Part shown: in pieces, positions 12,931 to 25,603 of the stretch
How positions within the stretch are numbered: position 1 is the stretch's first letter
Layout: each line of letters begins with the position of its first letter
From: Eimeria praecox
Lineage: Eukaryota
Assembly: GCA_963920595.1 (NCBI GenBank)
Contig: OY986946.1
Location: forward strand, 5,580,001-5,644,000
Length of the DNA: 64,000 nucleotides
Reading direction: 5' to 3'
The notes under the pieces: generated by a model
Seen by the model: the letters and a program-made list of their open reading frames with translations, nothing else
The model's database searches: none
What the model was told of the DNA's origin: nothing
Translations under genes and position numbers: made by a program

Positions 12931-15009
12931 ATGGAGGCTGTGTCGCGGGAGAATACCCCGCGTTATATAGACGTAGAAGGTCATGACCCTGCAGATGCAC
13001 CGCAGGAGGGCCCCTCCCCCCACCGTGGTGAGCAGGGTCTTTCTGGAGGCGGTTATTTGTTTAATGGTCCTTCAGAGACAGGAGAGAGCACAATGCAGCA
13101 GCCATCGCATGCTACAAGAGTTAGTCAAGACGGAGGCGGAGCGAAGGACTCTCTGTATCTACAAGAAGACCAGCAAGCAGAGAATCCCTTGGCTCCTCCA
13201 CAGCCTCTTTCTGCCGCCGTTGAACCTTCTCCAGAAGACACTAGAGGTAGAGAGGGGGCATCCGTGTCTCTGGGGCCCCCTCAGGGTCCAGGCGAGCATC
13301 ATTTTCAAGAGAACAGCGAGCGACAAGGGCCCCCCAAGACAAGCAGCGAATCAGCAGCAGCAGCAGCTCGTAATACCCTAAAACGTGCAACAACAACTAT
13401 GCGTGAAGGAGTGAAGACAGCATCTGCTCAGGTAGTGCATGCAGGAGAGAAAGTAGGGGCTGTATGGAATAAGACACTAGACAGTGCAATGTGGGTTTGT
13501 GCTGTATGTGGAGCTTTAGCTATTCTTCTTATTGCTCTTTCTTTAGCTCTACGTACTTGGAGACATCAACATCTTTCTTTTCGAGATGATAATGGAGAGA
13601 ACTACTCGCGTGTTGAGTTAGGCCTTAGATCGCTTCAAAGGATACAAACATTACATAGAAAAGATAATGCAGGCATCATCATTATCTATGACCCCCCAAT
13701 ATTCTATCAAGACGCCATGGATAGTGCCTACTGTCTCCCTGACGAGACAACAAATAAACAACAAGAAGAGAAACACCCTAACGATCAAGCCGCATCAACA
13801 TCGCCTCAAGCAGACAGCAGCACAGACTCTCCCACACATAACTCAACACCTGCTGCAGCAGGTGAAGCACCTTCAGCAGCAGCAGCAGCAACAGCAACAA
13901 CAACAACGACAACAACAACAACAGCAACGACAACAACTGCAGCAGCAACAGCAGCAGGACAATCTGAAGAAGAACCGGTGCTATCAGGTCAGGTAGAAAC
14001 ACATGAGCAGCAGCAGCAAGAGCAGCAGCAACAGCAGCAAGAGCAGCAGCAACAGGATATGGCGGGAGTTCGTAGTCTTGGCTTTAGATCAGCAGCTCCA
14101 ACAACAGCAGCAGGATCCTCTCCCTTTCTCTCTCGTCGTCTGCAAACATCTACAGCAACCTCAACTGTCTCACCAACAGCAGAACGGAGGGGCCCCCTCG
14201 CACAGCCCCCCCCCTACAGTGTAACGTTAGGGAGGAACCCGGGGGCCCCCGGATCCCTGAGCGGGAGGTATGCCCGCATGCGAGAAGATCTCTTAGGCCC
14301 GACATTGTTTGATCTACACTGTAAGGATTTGGCGACGTTCAAGAAAAGTGGGGCTGTCTTGGGGAGGATGGTTGTTGCTTATATTGTGTTTGCAGGTATT
14401 GGAATGTTTGCTGCCGTCGCTTCTCTCTTACTTAATACTTTATCAACCCCATGGGCTCAGCGCATGCAAGATCTTCCTGTTAATTTGATAGGCACTGTAG
14501 CCTGGCTAGCAGCTTTAGTGCTGCAGCTTTGTGGATTGGCGTCTTGGGGTGTAGGGACAGATGTAGCTGCATGCGTTACAGATGCAGGAGGGGCCTCCGT
14601 CTGTTCGTTAGGGAGTGCTGCTGCTTTAGCTATTGGCTCCCTCGTCTTAACCCTTGTTGCTGCTCTCTCTTATTCTCTCTTCTTCACTCACAAGTTTATT
14701 CGAGACCTTGGATTGGAGAAACAACGTCAAGACAAACACAACGATAATACGAACACACATCCTGTCAGTCAACAACAAAGCATCCCTCCAAGCACCTTCC
14801 CGCAGCAGGGGCCCCCTCCTCCCCTTCTACTCACACATGAGGGGCCCCACGAGGGGACTCAGCCAAAATTTCCTCTTGAAAGCACTTCAGGGGCCCCTCA
14901 GGGGGGCCCCCTTATGAACAATGGGGGGGGCCCCCATCCTGCTGTCCCAGGAGAAAGCCAAACCCCCCTCAGATCTATCACAGAAGGATCGCAGGCAGTT
15001 AAACACTGA
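12931..15009 (+). CDS. Single-exon four-transmembrane protein with claudin/PMP22-like topology
   Basis: Long uninterrupted ORF. TM1 (MWVCAVCGALAILLIALSLAL) is followed by TWR...VELGLR, resembling the claudin W-GLW motif. TM2 is VVAYIVFAGIGMFAAVASLLL and TM3 is LIGTVAWLAALVLQLCGLASWG. After a Cys-containing second loop, TM4 is LGSAAALAIGSLVLTLVAALSYSLFF, then a Pro-rich tail. Confidence 0.7.
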   Translation: MEAVSRENTPRYIDVEGHDPADAPQEGPSPHRGEQGLSGGGYLFNGPSETGESTMQQPSHATRVSQDGGGAKDSLYLQEDQQAENPLAPPQPLSAAVEPSPEDTRGREGASVSLGPPQGPGEHHFQENSERQGPPKTSSESAAAAARNTLKRATTTMREGVKTASAQVVHAGEKVGAVWNKTLDSAMWVCAVCGALAILLIALSLALRTWRHQHLSFRDDNGENYSRVELGLRSLQRIQTLHRKDNAGIIIIYDPPIFYQDAMDSAYCLPDETTNKQQEEKHPNDQAASTSPQADSSTDSPTHNSTPAAAGEAPSAAAAATATTTTTTTTTATTTTAAATAAGQSEEEPVLSGQVETHEQQQQEQQQQQQEQQQQDMAGVRSLGFRSAAPTTAAGSSPFLSRRLQTSTATSTVSPTAERRGPLAQPPPYSVTLGRNPGAPGSLSGRYARMREDLLGPTLFDLHCKDLATFKKSGAVLGRMVVAYIVFAGIGMFAAVASLLLNTLSTPWAQRMQDLPVNLIGTVAWLAALVLQLCGLASWGVGTDVAACVTDAGGASVCSLGSAAALAIGSLVLTLVAALSYSLFFTHKFIRDLGLEKQRQDKHNDNTNTHPVSQQQSIPPSTFPQQGPPPPLLLTHEGPHEGTQPKFPLESTSGAPQGGPLMNNGGGPHPAVPGESQTPLRSITEGSQAVKH

Positions 15010-15093
15010 CAACACAACTCCTCTGTCTCTTCAGTCATCTGAGTTATTTCTTCTCTTCAAACGTGAAGTAGATATCCTTGGCTTTCTACTCTC

Positions 15094-15180
15094 TTGCATC
15101 CATGCATGCGGCTCTACCTGCATGCATGCATGCATGCATGCATGCATTTATGTACGTGTATGCACATGTGCATGCATGCA

Positions 15181-15264
<84 letters not shown>

Positions 15265-15330
15265 TATATGCATGCGCATGCATGCACGCGAACTAAGCAC
15301 ATGCATGCACTTGCATGCGTTTGCATGCAG
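15094..15330. repeat. (TGCA)n/TGCATGCA palindromic repeats flanking a (TA)n tract
   Basis: Read directly; TGCATGCA is a known coccidian repeat. Confidence 0.9.
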
Positions 15331-15634
15331 TAGTAGGGGCGCAAGCCCCGTCTTTACGGAGGAGGTGACTCATGGGCATGCAATGCAGGGGAGGCCTCTC
15401 CCGCCTGGCTGTCTGCAGCCCCCTAAATTTTTAAAGGGATGAATGGGGGGTGGGGTGGGGTTGTTGTTATGAACACACTCTACACCCTAAGCTACCTAGG
15501 GTCTACACCCTATTAGGGTTTAGGGCTTACGCAGCGGGCCGTTGCTGCAGAGTCGCAAGCTTCAGACACCAACACACACAAACCCCAAAGCAGATGCCCA
15601 AGGAAACTGTGATAGAAAGTGCCAGGGGCTAATC

Positions 15635-16162
15635 GCTAGCTAGCTAGCTGGCTAGCTAGCTGGCTAGCTAGCTGGCTAGCTAGCTGGCTAGCTAGCTGGC
15701 TAGCTAGCTGGCTAGCTAGCTGGCTAGCTAGCCAGCTAGCTGCTAGTCGTCCAAGGTGTAGGACTTAGCGGTAATTTGCGGGCAGTTCTGCGCCTTCAGC
15801 TCCGGCCGTGCGGAAACTGAACTCTCGTCTGTGCTAGCTAGCTAGCTGGTCAGCTGTATAGCTAGCTAGCTAACTCTCGTCTGTGCTAGCTAGCTAGCTA
15901 GCTAGTCACCTGCATAGCTAGCTACCTAGTCAGCTGCCTAGCTAGCTAGCTATACAGGTGACTAGCTAGCTAGCTAGCTAGCTAGCTAGCTAGCGGCTGC
16001 CCTAGACAGGAACGGGGTCTACCCTGCCCCCCCTCAGAAAAAAGGACTATCCTCTCGAAAGGCATATGAAGTCCCTTAAGTCGTTAGCTGGCTAGCTAGC
16101 TAGCCAAACAATCAGCCTGCTAGTTGCTCAACTAGCTAGCTAGCTAGCTAGCTAGCTAGCTA
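15635..16162. repeat. (GCTA)n/(TAGC)n self-complementary tetramer arrays between two convergent genes
   Basis: Read directly; includes GCTGGCTAGCTA 12-mer variants. Confidence 0.9.
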
Positions 16163-18686
16163 TCTGGCGCTGCTGCGCTGGCGGGAGGAGCCGCTGGCGG
16201 ACCCCCGACGGCCCCTTGAGTCCTCGGAGGGCCTTCGCTGAGTCTCCTTGGGTCTTCTCTCCCTCTCCCTCTCTCTGTCTCTTTCTCTGTCTCTTTCTCT
16301 GTCTCTTTCTCTGTCTCTCTCCCTATCTCTATCTCTATCTCTGTCTCTTTCTCTCTCTCTTTCTCTTTCTCTGTCTCTCTCTCTACCCCTATCTCTATCT
16401 CTGTCTCTATCTCTATCGATTCTTTCTCTGTCTCCCCGGGGGGGTCTGCTATGAGAGGCCGAGTGGGGCCCCTCGGGGGCCCCCCCCCTTCGTGAGGGCC
16501 CCTCAGGGGACCTCTCTACATCCCATACCCTCCTGCTAGATCTGCTGCTCTTATCCTCTCGGGGGGCCCCCAGGGCCCCCCCACGAGAAGCAAAATCTGC
16601 TGAGGGGGCAGTAGAGGAGGCCCTTCTGTCTCCTCTGCTGCTAGACGGACTCGCACGAGTCCCATAGCTACGCTCGGGACTGAACAAACAACACCTCAAA
16701 CCCTAAACCCTAAACCCTAGACCCTAAACCCTAAACCCTAGACCCTAAACCCTAGACCTCACATGCAAGGGGATTGAGAGCAGCTTTCGCTACTCTCAAA
16801 AGCGAGACATCAAACAGAGAGGGTCTACTACTAGGGTTTCTGTACCTGAGATCTGCTAGGGTTTGGCTAGGGTTTAGCTAGGGTTTAGCGAGGGTTTAGC
16901 TAGGGTTTAGGGTTTAGTACTTACTGCGAAGGCCGAGACAGTTTAGCTGCCTTCAGTTTTGTCTCGAGCTCCGCCACCTGCAGTTTTAATGAGTCTCTCT
17001 CGGCCTTTACTTCCTAAACATAAACCCTAAACCCTAAACCCTAAACCCTAAGCCCTAGCCCTAAACCCTAAGCCCTATCCCTAAACCCTAAACCCTAACA
17101 TGCAAGATGCAGGGGGTGTTCCTCCGGCTGGAGAGTCACGAAACCTTGCAGACGAAGCAGCCGTACAGACACACTAAACCCTAAGCTGTAGCTAAACCCT
17201 AAACCCTAAACAACCCTAAACCCTAAACCCTAAACAACGCTAAACCCTAAACCCTAGGGCTTCATCACTCACGCTGAATTGAACGAAGACGGCTTGAAGC
17301 TGCTGCGACAAATCTTCATTATCTGCATCAAGATCGGCGTTCAGCTCCCTTAGTTGTCTGCAGCAGCAGCAGCAGCAGCAGCAGCAGCGCCAGGTGCAGC
17401 AGCAGCAGCAGCAGCAGGTGCAGCAGCAGCAGCAGCAGGTGCAGCAGCAGCAGCAGCAGGCGTTGTCTGCATAATCGTGTTTCTTCGTGTAGATTAGAGC
17501 TAACAATGAATGTAAGAGAAGTTTTTAGGGTTTGTTTGGTAGGGTTTTGGGTTAGTCTGTTAGGGTTTAGGGTTTGATTGTTAGGGTTTAGGGTTTGATT
17601 GTTAGGGTTTAGGGTTTAGGGTTTAGGGTTTGTATCTAACCTCAGTTCTTTCTGTAGAAACACAACATGCTTCTTCAAAGACCCAAGTTGTGCTGTAGCT
17701 GTCGATATACTCCCTTCCGTAAGCGCTCGTCCTAACTCTGCATTCTCTTGCTGCAGCGTCCTACACTTCATTATAAGACGCTGTCCTGTCACGCTACAGA
17801 ACAAATACAATACAATCTAGGGTTTAGGGTTTAGGGTTTAGGGTTTAGGGTTTAGGGTTTAGGAAGGTTAACATTCAATGCGGATCCAAAAAGAAAGACT
17901 TCTATAGCGATATTTTTGAGAGATTTAGATATACAGTAAAAAATATAGGGTTTAGGGTTTAGGGTTTATCCTCTCAAATTTAGGGTTTAGGGTTTAGGGT
18001 TTAGGGTTTTGAAACCCTACACACCTCTGCCCCGAGAACTGTTGTGCTGTCTGCATCTCTTTCGTTCTCTCTATCGTCCCTTCCGCCTCCGCCAATCTCA
18101 TCCTTAAAGTTTTTATTTCTATCTGTGTTACGGGGTCTATAGCGAGGCCCCTAAGAGAGGGGCCCCCCATGGGGGCCCCCCCATGGGGGCCCCCCATGGG
18201 GGCCCCCTGGGTACCACCAGTACCCGAGGAACCAGGGGGGCCCCCCCCCTCTTCATCGCGTATATCTATTGTACCCTGATTGTAGAGATAGGGGGCCCAG
18301 GGGGCCCCACTGCATTGAGCCTTTGAGAGAGAACGTTCAAGAGAAGATATTAGAGAGAGATGGAGATATTCGCGTCGCTGCAGCAAACCCTAAACCCTAA
18401 ACCCTAAACCCTAAACCCTAAACCCTAAACCCTAGGGGTTATTGAACGCATCTTTATATACAGACAGAGAGGCTGAGGTACGCCGAAAACATATAAAGAG
18501 AGGGACAGTAAAGTGTTTAAGACTATGGAGGGTTTTAATAGAAATAAAAAATTAGGGTTTAGGGTTTAGGGTTTAGGGTTTAGGGTTTAGGGTTTAGGGT
18601 TTGGGGCTTACCTTAAACTCAGCGATAACTTGCAGGAGCTGCTTGACGCGCTCGCTGTCCTCTGCTCTTTCATTTTCTACCTCCAT
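16160..18686 (-). CDS. WTAP: WTAP/FIP37/Mum2 family subunit of the m6A methyltransferase complex
   Basis: Phase-consistent exons 18686-18612, 18377-18025, 17793-17641, 17357-17273, 17013-16925 and 16679-16160. Spliced product IDPVTQIEIKTLRMRLAE...QQFSGQSVTGQRLIMKCRTLQQENAELGRALTEG matches WTAP LDPAIN...FTPDSQTGKKLMAKCRMLIQENQELGRQLSQG. RD/RE/RS-rich tail. Confidence 0.9.
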
Positions 18687-18697
18687 GGGGGCACCAA

Positions 18698-19250
18698 TAA
18701 ACCCTAAACCCTAAACCCTAAACCCTAAACCCTAAACCCTAAACCCTTCTTATACGTAGGAAGCAGGGGCCCCAAGATACCTGCACCTTGAGGCTGCCAC
18801 TTAAACAAAACACGACCCCTAAACCCTAAACCCTAAACCCTAAACCCTAAACCCTAAACCCTAATCCTTTCCCCGAAATAAAAACAAAAATACAAGAAAA
18901 CAGTTGCGCTCCTCCTTTAAGCCCTAAACCCTAAACCCTAAACCCTAAACCCTAAACCCTAAACCGCTCAGCAGCCCCGTCCCCCGGGGGCCCTTCCTCG
19001 CATGCAGCGGGGCCCCCAACCTGCTACAGAGATTCCTTATCCTTCCGTATATTAAAGATAAACCCTAAGCCTTAAACCCTAAACCCTAAACCCTAAACCC
19101 TAAACCCTAAACCCTAAACCCTCCCGCTCCCAGCGGAAGACAGGCTACAGGCGCCAATGAGCCAGAGGCCCCACAGCTGTCCCTGAACCGACAGTATAAA
19201 CCCCTAAACCCTAAACCCTAAACCCTAAACCCTAAACCCTAAACCCTAAA
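18698..19250. promoter_or_regulatory. Short divergent (probably bidirectional promoter) region between WTAP and RRP12, containing five (AAACCCT)n blocks
   Basis: Head-to-head genes about 650 bp apart; blocks at about 18698-18746, 18816-18863, 18922-18964, 19060-19122 and 19200-19250. Confidence 0.5.
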
Positions 19251-19331
19251 ATTATAGTTTGATAAACCTTCGGACTAACCCGAGGCCTTGAGGACAGAAG
19301 GATATCTCCTTCTGTCTCCAAGCCAGCTGGT

Positions 19332-20043
19332 GATGGTGTCTCTGCTGCAGCAGCAGCCGCTGCAGCAGCAGCAGCAGCAGCAACAGCGGCCGCAGCAGCA
19401 GAGGCTTTTACAGCAGCAGCAGCTGCTTGCTGCTGTTGCTTCTCAGCTTGAGGGAGCAGCAGCAGCAGCAGCAGGGGAGCCTTCGGGGGGGGCCCCCCAG
19501 GGGGGCCCCCAAGGGGGCCCCCAAGGGGCCCCCCTTCGTACCCACCTGCGGCTGTCTTCTATTCTGACTGCTGCAGATGCTGCAGCAGCTCGCTGCTGCT
19601 GGTCTGCTATTATCTCAACCTTATCTTCTAAAGCTGCTGCTGCTGCTGCAGCAGCAGCAGCAGCAGAGCAGCAACCGCTAGCAGCAGCAATTAACGTCAC
19701 GCTGCAGTGTCTCCAGAGATCTATGGATGAGCTGCAGCAGCAGCAGAAACAGCAGCCGCAACAGCAGCAGCAGCAGCAGCAGGAGGAGGAAGCTGAAGAA
19801 GAAGAAGGTAGTACGGGGGCCCTGACGGGGCCCCCTAAGTTTGTCTTGGGTATGGGAGTGCTGCTGGAGCTGCTGCTTGCTGCAGCAGCAAAGACAGATA
19901 TGCTGCAGGGGGGAGAGCAGCAGCAGCAAATGTTTGTTAGGCTGCTGCTGCTGCTGCGTGATGCTGCTGCGCTCCCAGCAGCACCTGAGAGAGCTGCTCT
20001 GTCGCTGCTTCATTGTTTGCGGCTTTGTGGGGGCCTAACAACT

Positions 20044-20075
<32 letters not shown>

Positions 20076-20089
20076 GAACAGCAGCAATG

Positions 20090-20126
<37 letters not shown>

Positions 20127-20278
20127 GAAGACCCCTGTCATCTTGTCTCGAGGCTGCTTCGAGGTGCTGCTGTCTGTCGCAGTAGAGGGGAGGAGGGTAC
20201 CTCATATAGCAGCAGCACGACGCGTGCTGCTGCAGCTTCTCTCTCATATCTGCAGCCAGCTGCAGCAGGAAGAGGAAA

Positions 20279-20309
<31 letters not shown>

Positions 20310-20355
20310 TGTTTCAGACATAGGCTCCCTTATTTCTGCCTTAACAAGAGCCCTC

Positions 20356-20394
<39 letters not shown>

Positions 20395-20492
20395 ATGCTG
20401 CAGCCCAACAGCAAAGAGCATCGGCTGCTGCTGCTGCTGCAACGGGTGCTGCCTCAGCTTCTTATCTCCATCGGCCGCCGTCTCGATACTCT

Positions 20493-20546
<54 letters not shown>

Positions 20547-20727
20547 GCAGCAGGAGCTGCTGAAGCAGAAGGAAAGAGCAGAGGGTCTGTGTCTCCTGCT
20601 GCTGCGTCGAGGGCCTAAGGAGGCCCCACCCCCGGAGTATATGGAGACAGTTGGTGTTATTCTTACAGATCTGCTGCAGCAGCTTCGTGTGCAGCAGCAG
20701 CAGCAGCAGCAGCAGTTGCTGCTAAAT

Positions 20728-20761
<34 letters not shown>

Positions 20762-20986
20762 GGTGTGCTGCAGGTGTGTCTTCTCTCTCCATCGCCTCTC
20801 AGGTTTTATCTTGTCTATTATTAAAAAGAAACTGCCTCTCTAGCAGCAGCAAGGGGGGGCCGAGAGATGTTGCTGCTTGGTCTTCTGCTGCAGCTGCTGC
20901 TGTATCAGCTGTTATGTTGTGGGCTAGTGAGGGACAGCAGCAGCAGCAGCAGCGGCAGCAGCAGCAGCAGCAGCAGCAGGGTACCG

Positions 20987-21031
<45 letters not shown>

Positions 21032-21099
21032 AGCCTGCCGATGCAGCAGAGGAGCAGCTGCTGAGTCTGATGGATAAGCTCAGCCTAGAGGGCCCCCCT

Positions 21100-21146
<47 letters not shown>

Positions 21147-21278
21147 GCAGCAGCAACCTAAGGATAGGATGAGGGTCTGTCTGTCTTTGGTGCAGCGTTT
21201 TATATCTTCTCTTATTTATATTTTAAATAAAATGACAGATCCTACGGCGCACTCAGCAGCTATCAAAGCTGCTGTTAG

Positions 21279-21339
<61 letters not shown>

Positions 21340-21474
21340 CTTGTGTTCTTGTTGCTAGTGGAGGTGCTGCTGTTGGAGGATGCTGCAGCTGCTGTTAAGC
21401 CTTGCTGCTGCTGTTGCTGCTGTTGCGGTTGCTGCTGCTGGTCTGCAGCTGTTCCTGTGGGTTTCGCTGCTCCT

Positions 21475-21528
<54 letters not shown>

Positions 21529-22357
21529 CATTTGTGGGTGCAAGGGCTGCTGTGTTCCTGCGGCAGAGGCGGCTTATCCTTCAACAGCAAGTAACTGGGG
21601 TCCCCATCCACGAAGCCATGGCCCCTTTCCTCAAGTAAACCCTAAACCCTAAACCCTAAACCCTAAACCCTAAACCCTAGGGTTTGAAACCTCGGCCTAA
21701 GGAGATTGTTTCTTGAGGACTCCTGTTCAATCCAAGCATTGTTTGTTTGTATGCAAAGTGTGTGTTTTGTAGTTTTTCTTTCTATTCTCTCTATTCATTA
21801 GGGTTTAGGGTTTATTAGGGTTTAGGGTTTAGGGTTTAGGGTTTAGGGTTTAGGGTTTTGTGTGTGGATTAGGGTTTTGCTTCATTATCGACACAAATCA
21901 AAATGGCCGGAGGTGTTTCGACTTTGTGCTGATGAGTTTGGGGCTGTCGAAGGCTGCGGGTTTAGAGCTATCTTAAACAACCCCTCCTCTATGGTGAGAG
22001 ACCCTCAAACCCTCGTAAACCCTAAACCCTAAACCCTAAACCCTAAACCCTAGAATTTGATGGTTTAGGGTTGATCTGATGAGGAGAGGCTGTGGGATGC
22101 TGCAGCAACAATGACGATGGTGTTGTTCTCCCTCACTCTGCAGATAAAACCGTAATGCAGCTGTTGAACCCTAGGGTTTAGGGTTTAGGGTTTAGGGTTT
22201 AGGGTTTAGGGTTTAGGGTTTGTGTTTGTTTAGATATCTTCGGAGGATGGTAGCTCCTTGAGGGTTTGTTTAGACGATTTCTTCTCTTCAGCTTATTCTT
22301 GCTTTCTTCCTCTCATTGAAAATCTGTGGGGATTGCTGCTAGCAGCAGAGGTCATAG

Positions 22358-22405
<48 letters not shown>

Positions 22406-22694
22406 GAGGCGCTGCAGGCACAGCCACAAACAACTCGACTGGCTTCCTTAAAGCAAAGGAGCAGGAGCTCCGGCTATACAGGTTAGGCAATACAAACCCT
22501 AAACCCTAAACCCTAAACCCTAAACCCTAAGCCCTTCTATTAGCTGACACACTCTCGACACTGGTAGCCCTAAACCCTAAACCCTACACCCTAGAAGATG
22601 CATGAATCAGCTTCAGGACACAGGGCTTAGGGTTTAGGATTTAGGGTTTAGGGTTTAGGGTTTAGGGTTTAGTTTCCTGTTGTTGAAAGTCTTT

Positions 22695-22740
<46 letters not shown>

Positions 22741-22774
22741 GCTGCTGCTGCTGCTACTGCTGCTACTGCTGCTG

Positions 22775-22846
<72 letters not shown>

Positions 22847-22927
22847 TTGCTACTGTTGCTGCTGCTGCTACTACTCCTACTAATACTGCTGCTGTTGCTA
22901 CTGCTGCTGCTGCTGCTACTACTACTA

Positions 22928-22977
<50 letters not shown>

Positions 22978-23601
22978 GCTGCTGCAGGCCTCAGTTGGAG
23001 TATGCATTTGGCACGGCAGTGCGGGTGTTTGGTTGCAGTCGGGTTTTATGTTTCGATGCAGCAAAGCCTCGTCTGTCTCTGTCTCTTGCTGCTGCTGCTG
23101 CTGTTTCCTTCGAGGATTTTGTAGTTAAGGCGAATGTGTGGCTGCTGCCGCTGCTGCAGCGATTTGTCTGTAGAGACACATTACATTTCTTTGTACAACA
23201 TATCCTGCCAGCGGTCAGTTGCTGCTGCTGTTGCTGCTGCTGTTGCTGCTGCTGTTGCTGCTGTTGCTGCTGCTGGTTGCGGTGTGTTCATGCTGCTGCT
23301 AGGGATGTTGCTTCTGCTTCTGCTGCTGTTGGTGTTGTTGGTGCTGTTGCTGCTGCTGTTGCTGCTGGTGTTGCTGTTATCGATCTGCTGCTGCAGCGTT
23401 GCATATGTGCGTTGTTGCTGCTGTTGCTTCAGACTGCTGCAGTGCAGCAGCGGGCGGAGGCTGCTGCAGCAGCAGGAAGAAAGATAGAGAGTGCTGATTG
23501 GTCTCGGGTGTATAGGCAGCTTTGGGGTTTGCTGCCAGCCTTCTCAACGCAGCCCCTCGACTTACCCAGGTGTCTCAGCAAGACAGAGACACCTCATCCT
23601 G

Positions 23602-23640
<39 letters not shown>

Positions 23641-24311
23641 GCAGCAAGGGGGGCCCCCCAGGGGCCTCTCAGGGGCCCCTGCTGCTGCCTCGTGTTCTGG
23701 AGCTGCTGCATGATTCTGCCTTAAGTGATGTTGCTTGTGCTGCTCTTGGGATGATGGCGAGATCTGCTGCTGCTCCAGGTGTACATACACCTGAGTTAGT
23801 GCAGCAGCAGCAGCAGCAGCAGCAAGGATTCAGTGGATGGCACCAGACAGCAGCAGCAAAAGTATCTCCTTCTGCTGCAGCAGCAGGACCGCAGGTGCTG
23901 CTGTTTATGCGTAAGCTTGCAGATGCTGTTGCTGCAGCAGCAGCAGGAGAAGGCTCTGCTGCTGCTGTTGAAGCAGCAGCAGCAGCAGCAGCACGTGCTG
24001 CTAAGACCTGCTGCCCCACAGACAGTAGTTTAATCCCTGCTGCTGTTGTTGCTGCAGCAACAGCAGACAGCAACAGAAGAGCCCTTGCTGCCTATTCAGA
24101 GGAGACAATTAGCTTTATTATAGTCCGCTACTTGCGGCTTCATAAGGAGACAGCAGCAGCACAAACCCCTGCTGCTGCTGCTGCAGCAGCAGCAGCAGCA
24201 GCAGCAACAACACGAGCTTCTGCTGCTCTTACAGAGTCTGCTAAGGCGAAGGCGACGCAGCAGCTGCTGCAGACAATACAGGTTAGAGGAGACACATCAA
24301 AAATAAAGAAG

Positions 24312-24392
<81 letters not shown>

Positions 24393-24868
24393 ACATGATA
24401 GAAGAGACAGAAGGAGACAGATAACAAACCAAAGGAGACAGACACCAGAGAGAGACAGAGACAGACAGCAGAGACAGCAGAGACAGCAGAGACAGAAATA
24501 GATAGAAATAAACGAGAAAATAAAACTAGAAATAGAGACAGAGACAGAGACAGAGACAGCAGCAGCAGCAACAACAGCAGCAACAACAGCAGCAGCAGCA
24601 ACAACAACAACAGCAGCAGCAGCAGCAGCAGGAGACAAGATTGTTGCTGCCTGGTGTGTCTGTCTGTCTGTTTAGGTCTTTTCTCCGCTCTGTCCCCCCC
24701 ACCTCCTAACAAACAACGCAAGAAGATTTTCTGCTGCTATTTATAATTGTATTGCTGCTGTCTCCTCATCATCGGAGACAGCGCCCCTCACAGCCAAGGA
24801 GTGTGGGGCCCTGCTAGACGTGTGTGGGGCCCTCAGACCCTTCACTACACCTGATATAGGTCTGCTGC

Positions 24869-24900
<32 letters not shown>

Positions 24901-24931
24901 TTGTTGTTGTTGGTGCTGCTGCTGTTGTTGT

Positions 24932-24963
<32 letters not shown>

Positions 24964-25097
24964 CTGCTCTTGCTGTTGCTTTGAGTTGCTGCTCCTGCTG
25001 CTTGTGGTGGTGGTGGTGGTATTGCCGTCGTGGCTGCTGCTGTTGCTGCTGCTGCTGCTATTGTTGTTGCTGCTGTTGTTGCTGCTGCTGCTGTTGT

Positions 25098-25129
<32 letters not shown>

Positions 25130-25388
25130 CGACGGCGCATCAGCACGGCCTTTTGTGGGGAGTTTGATGAAGCCTTTCGGGTGTATCTGCATCTATTCTT
25201 CTGTCTCTCTTTCTCTTCTTTTGCTGTCTCCTCTCCTTCCTTCTCTTAGTGCATATTACAACGCCAGCGTATTTGCTGCTGTTGCTGCTGCTGCTGTTGC
25301 TGCTGCTGTTGCTGCTGCTGTTGCTGCTGCAGGCGCGAAGCTGTTTAATACTCTGGTGACCCTGCTGCTCCGTTGCAACGAGGCAATG

Positions 25389-25464
<76 letters not shown>

Positions 25465-25572
25465 CGTTGCTGCGGACTCTGCAGCGGAAGACTTACATTT
25501 GTCTGAAGCAAGCTTTGAGTGATGCTGGCGGCCATCAGGTAGATATAATAATATTTATTTTTATTTATTCAT

Positions 25573-25603
<31 letters not shown>

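Noticed and set aside
19288..21594. 768-aa ORF as a standalone gene with a poly-Leu membrane tail
   Set aside because: The tail is read-through into a CTG-repeat intron; the ORF is the first large exon of RRP12.
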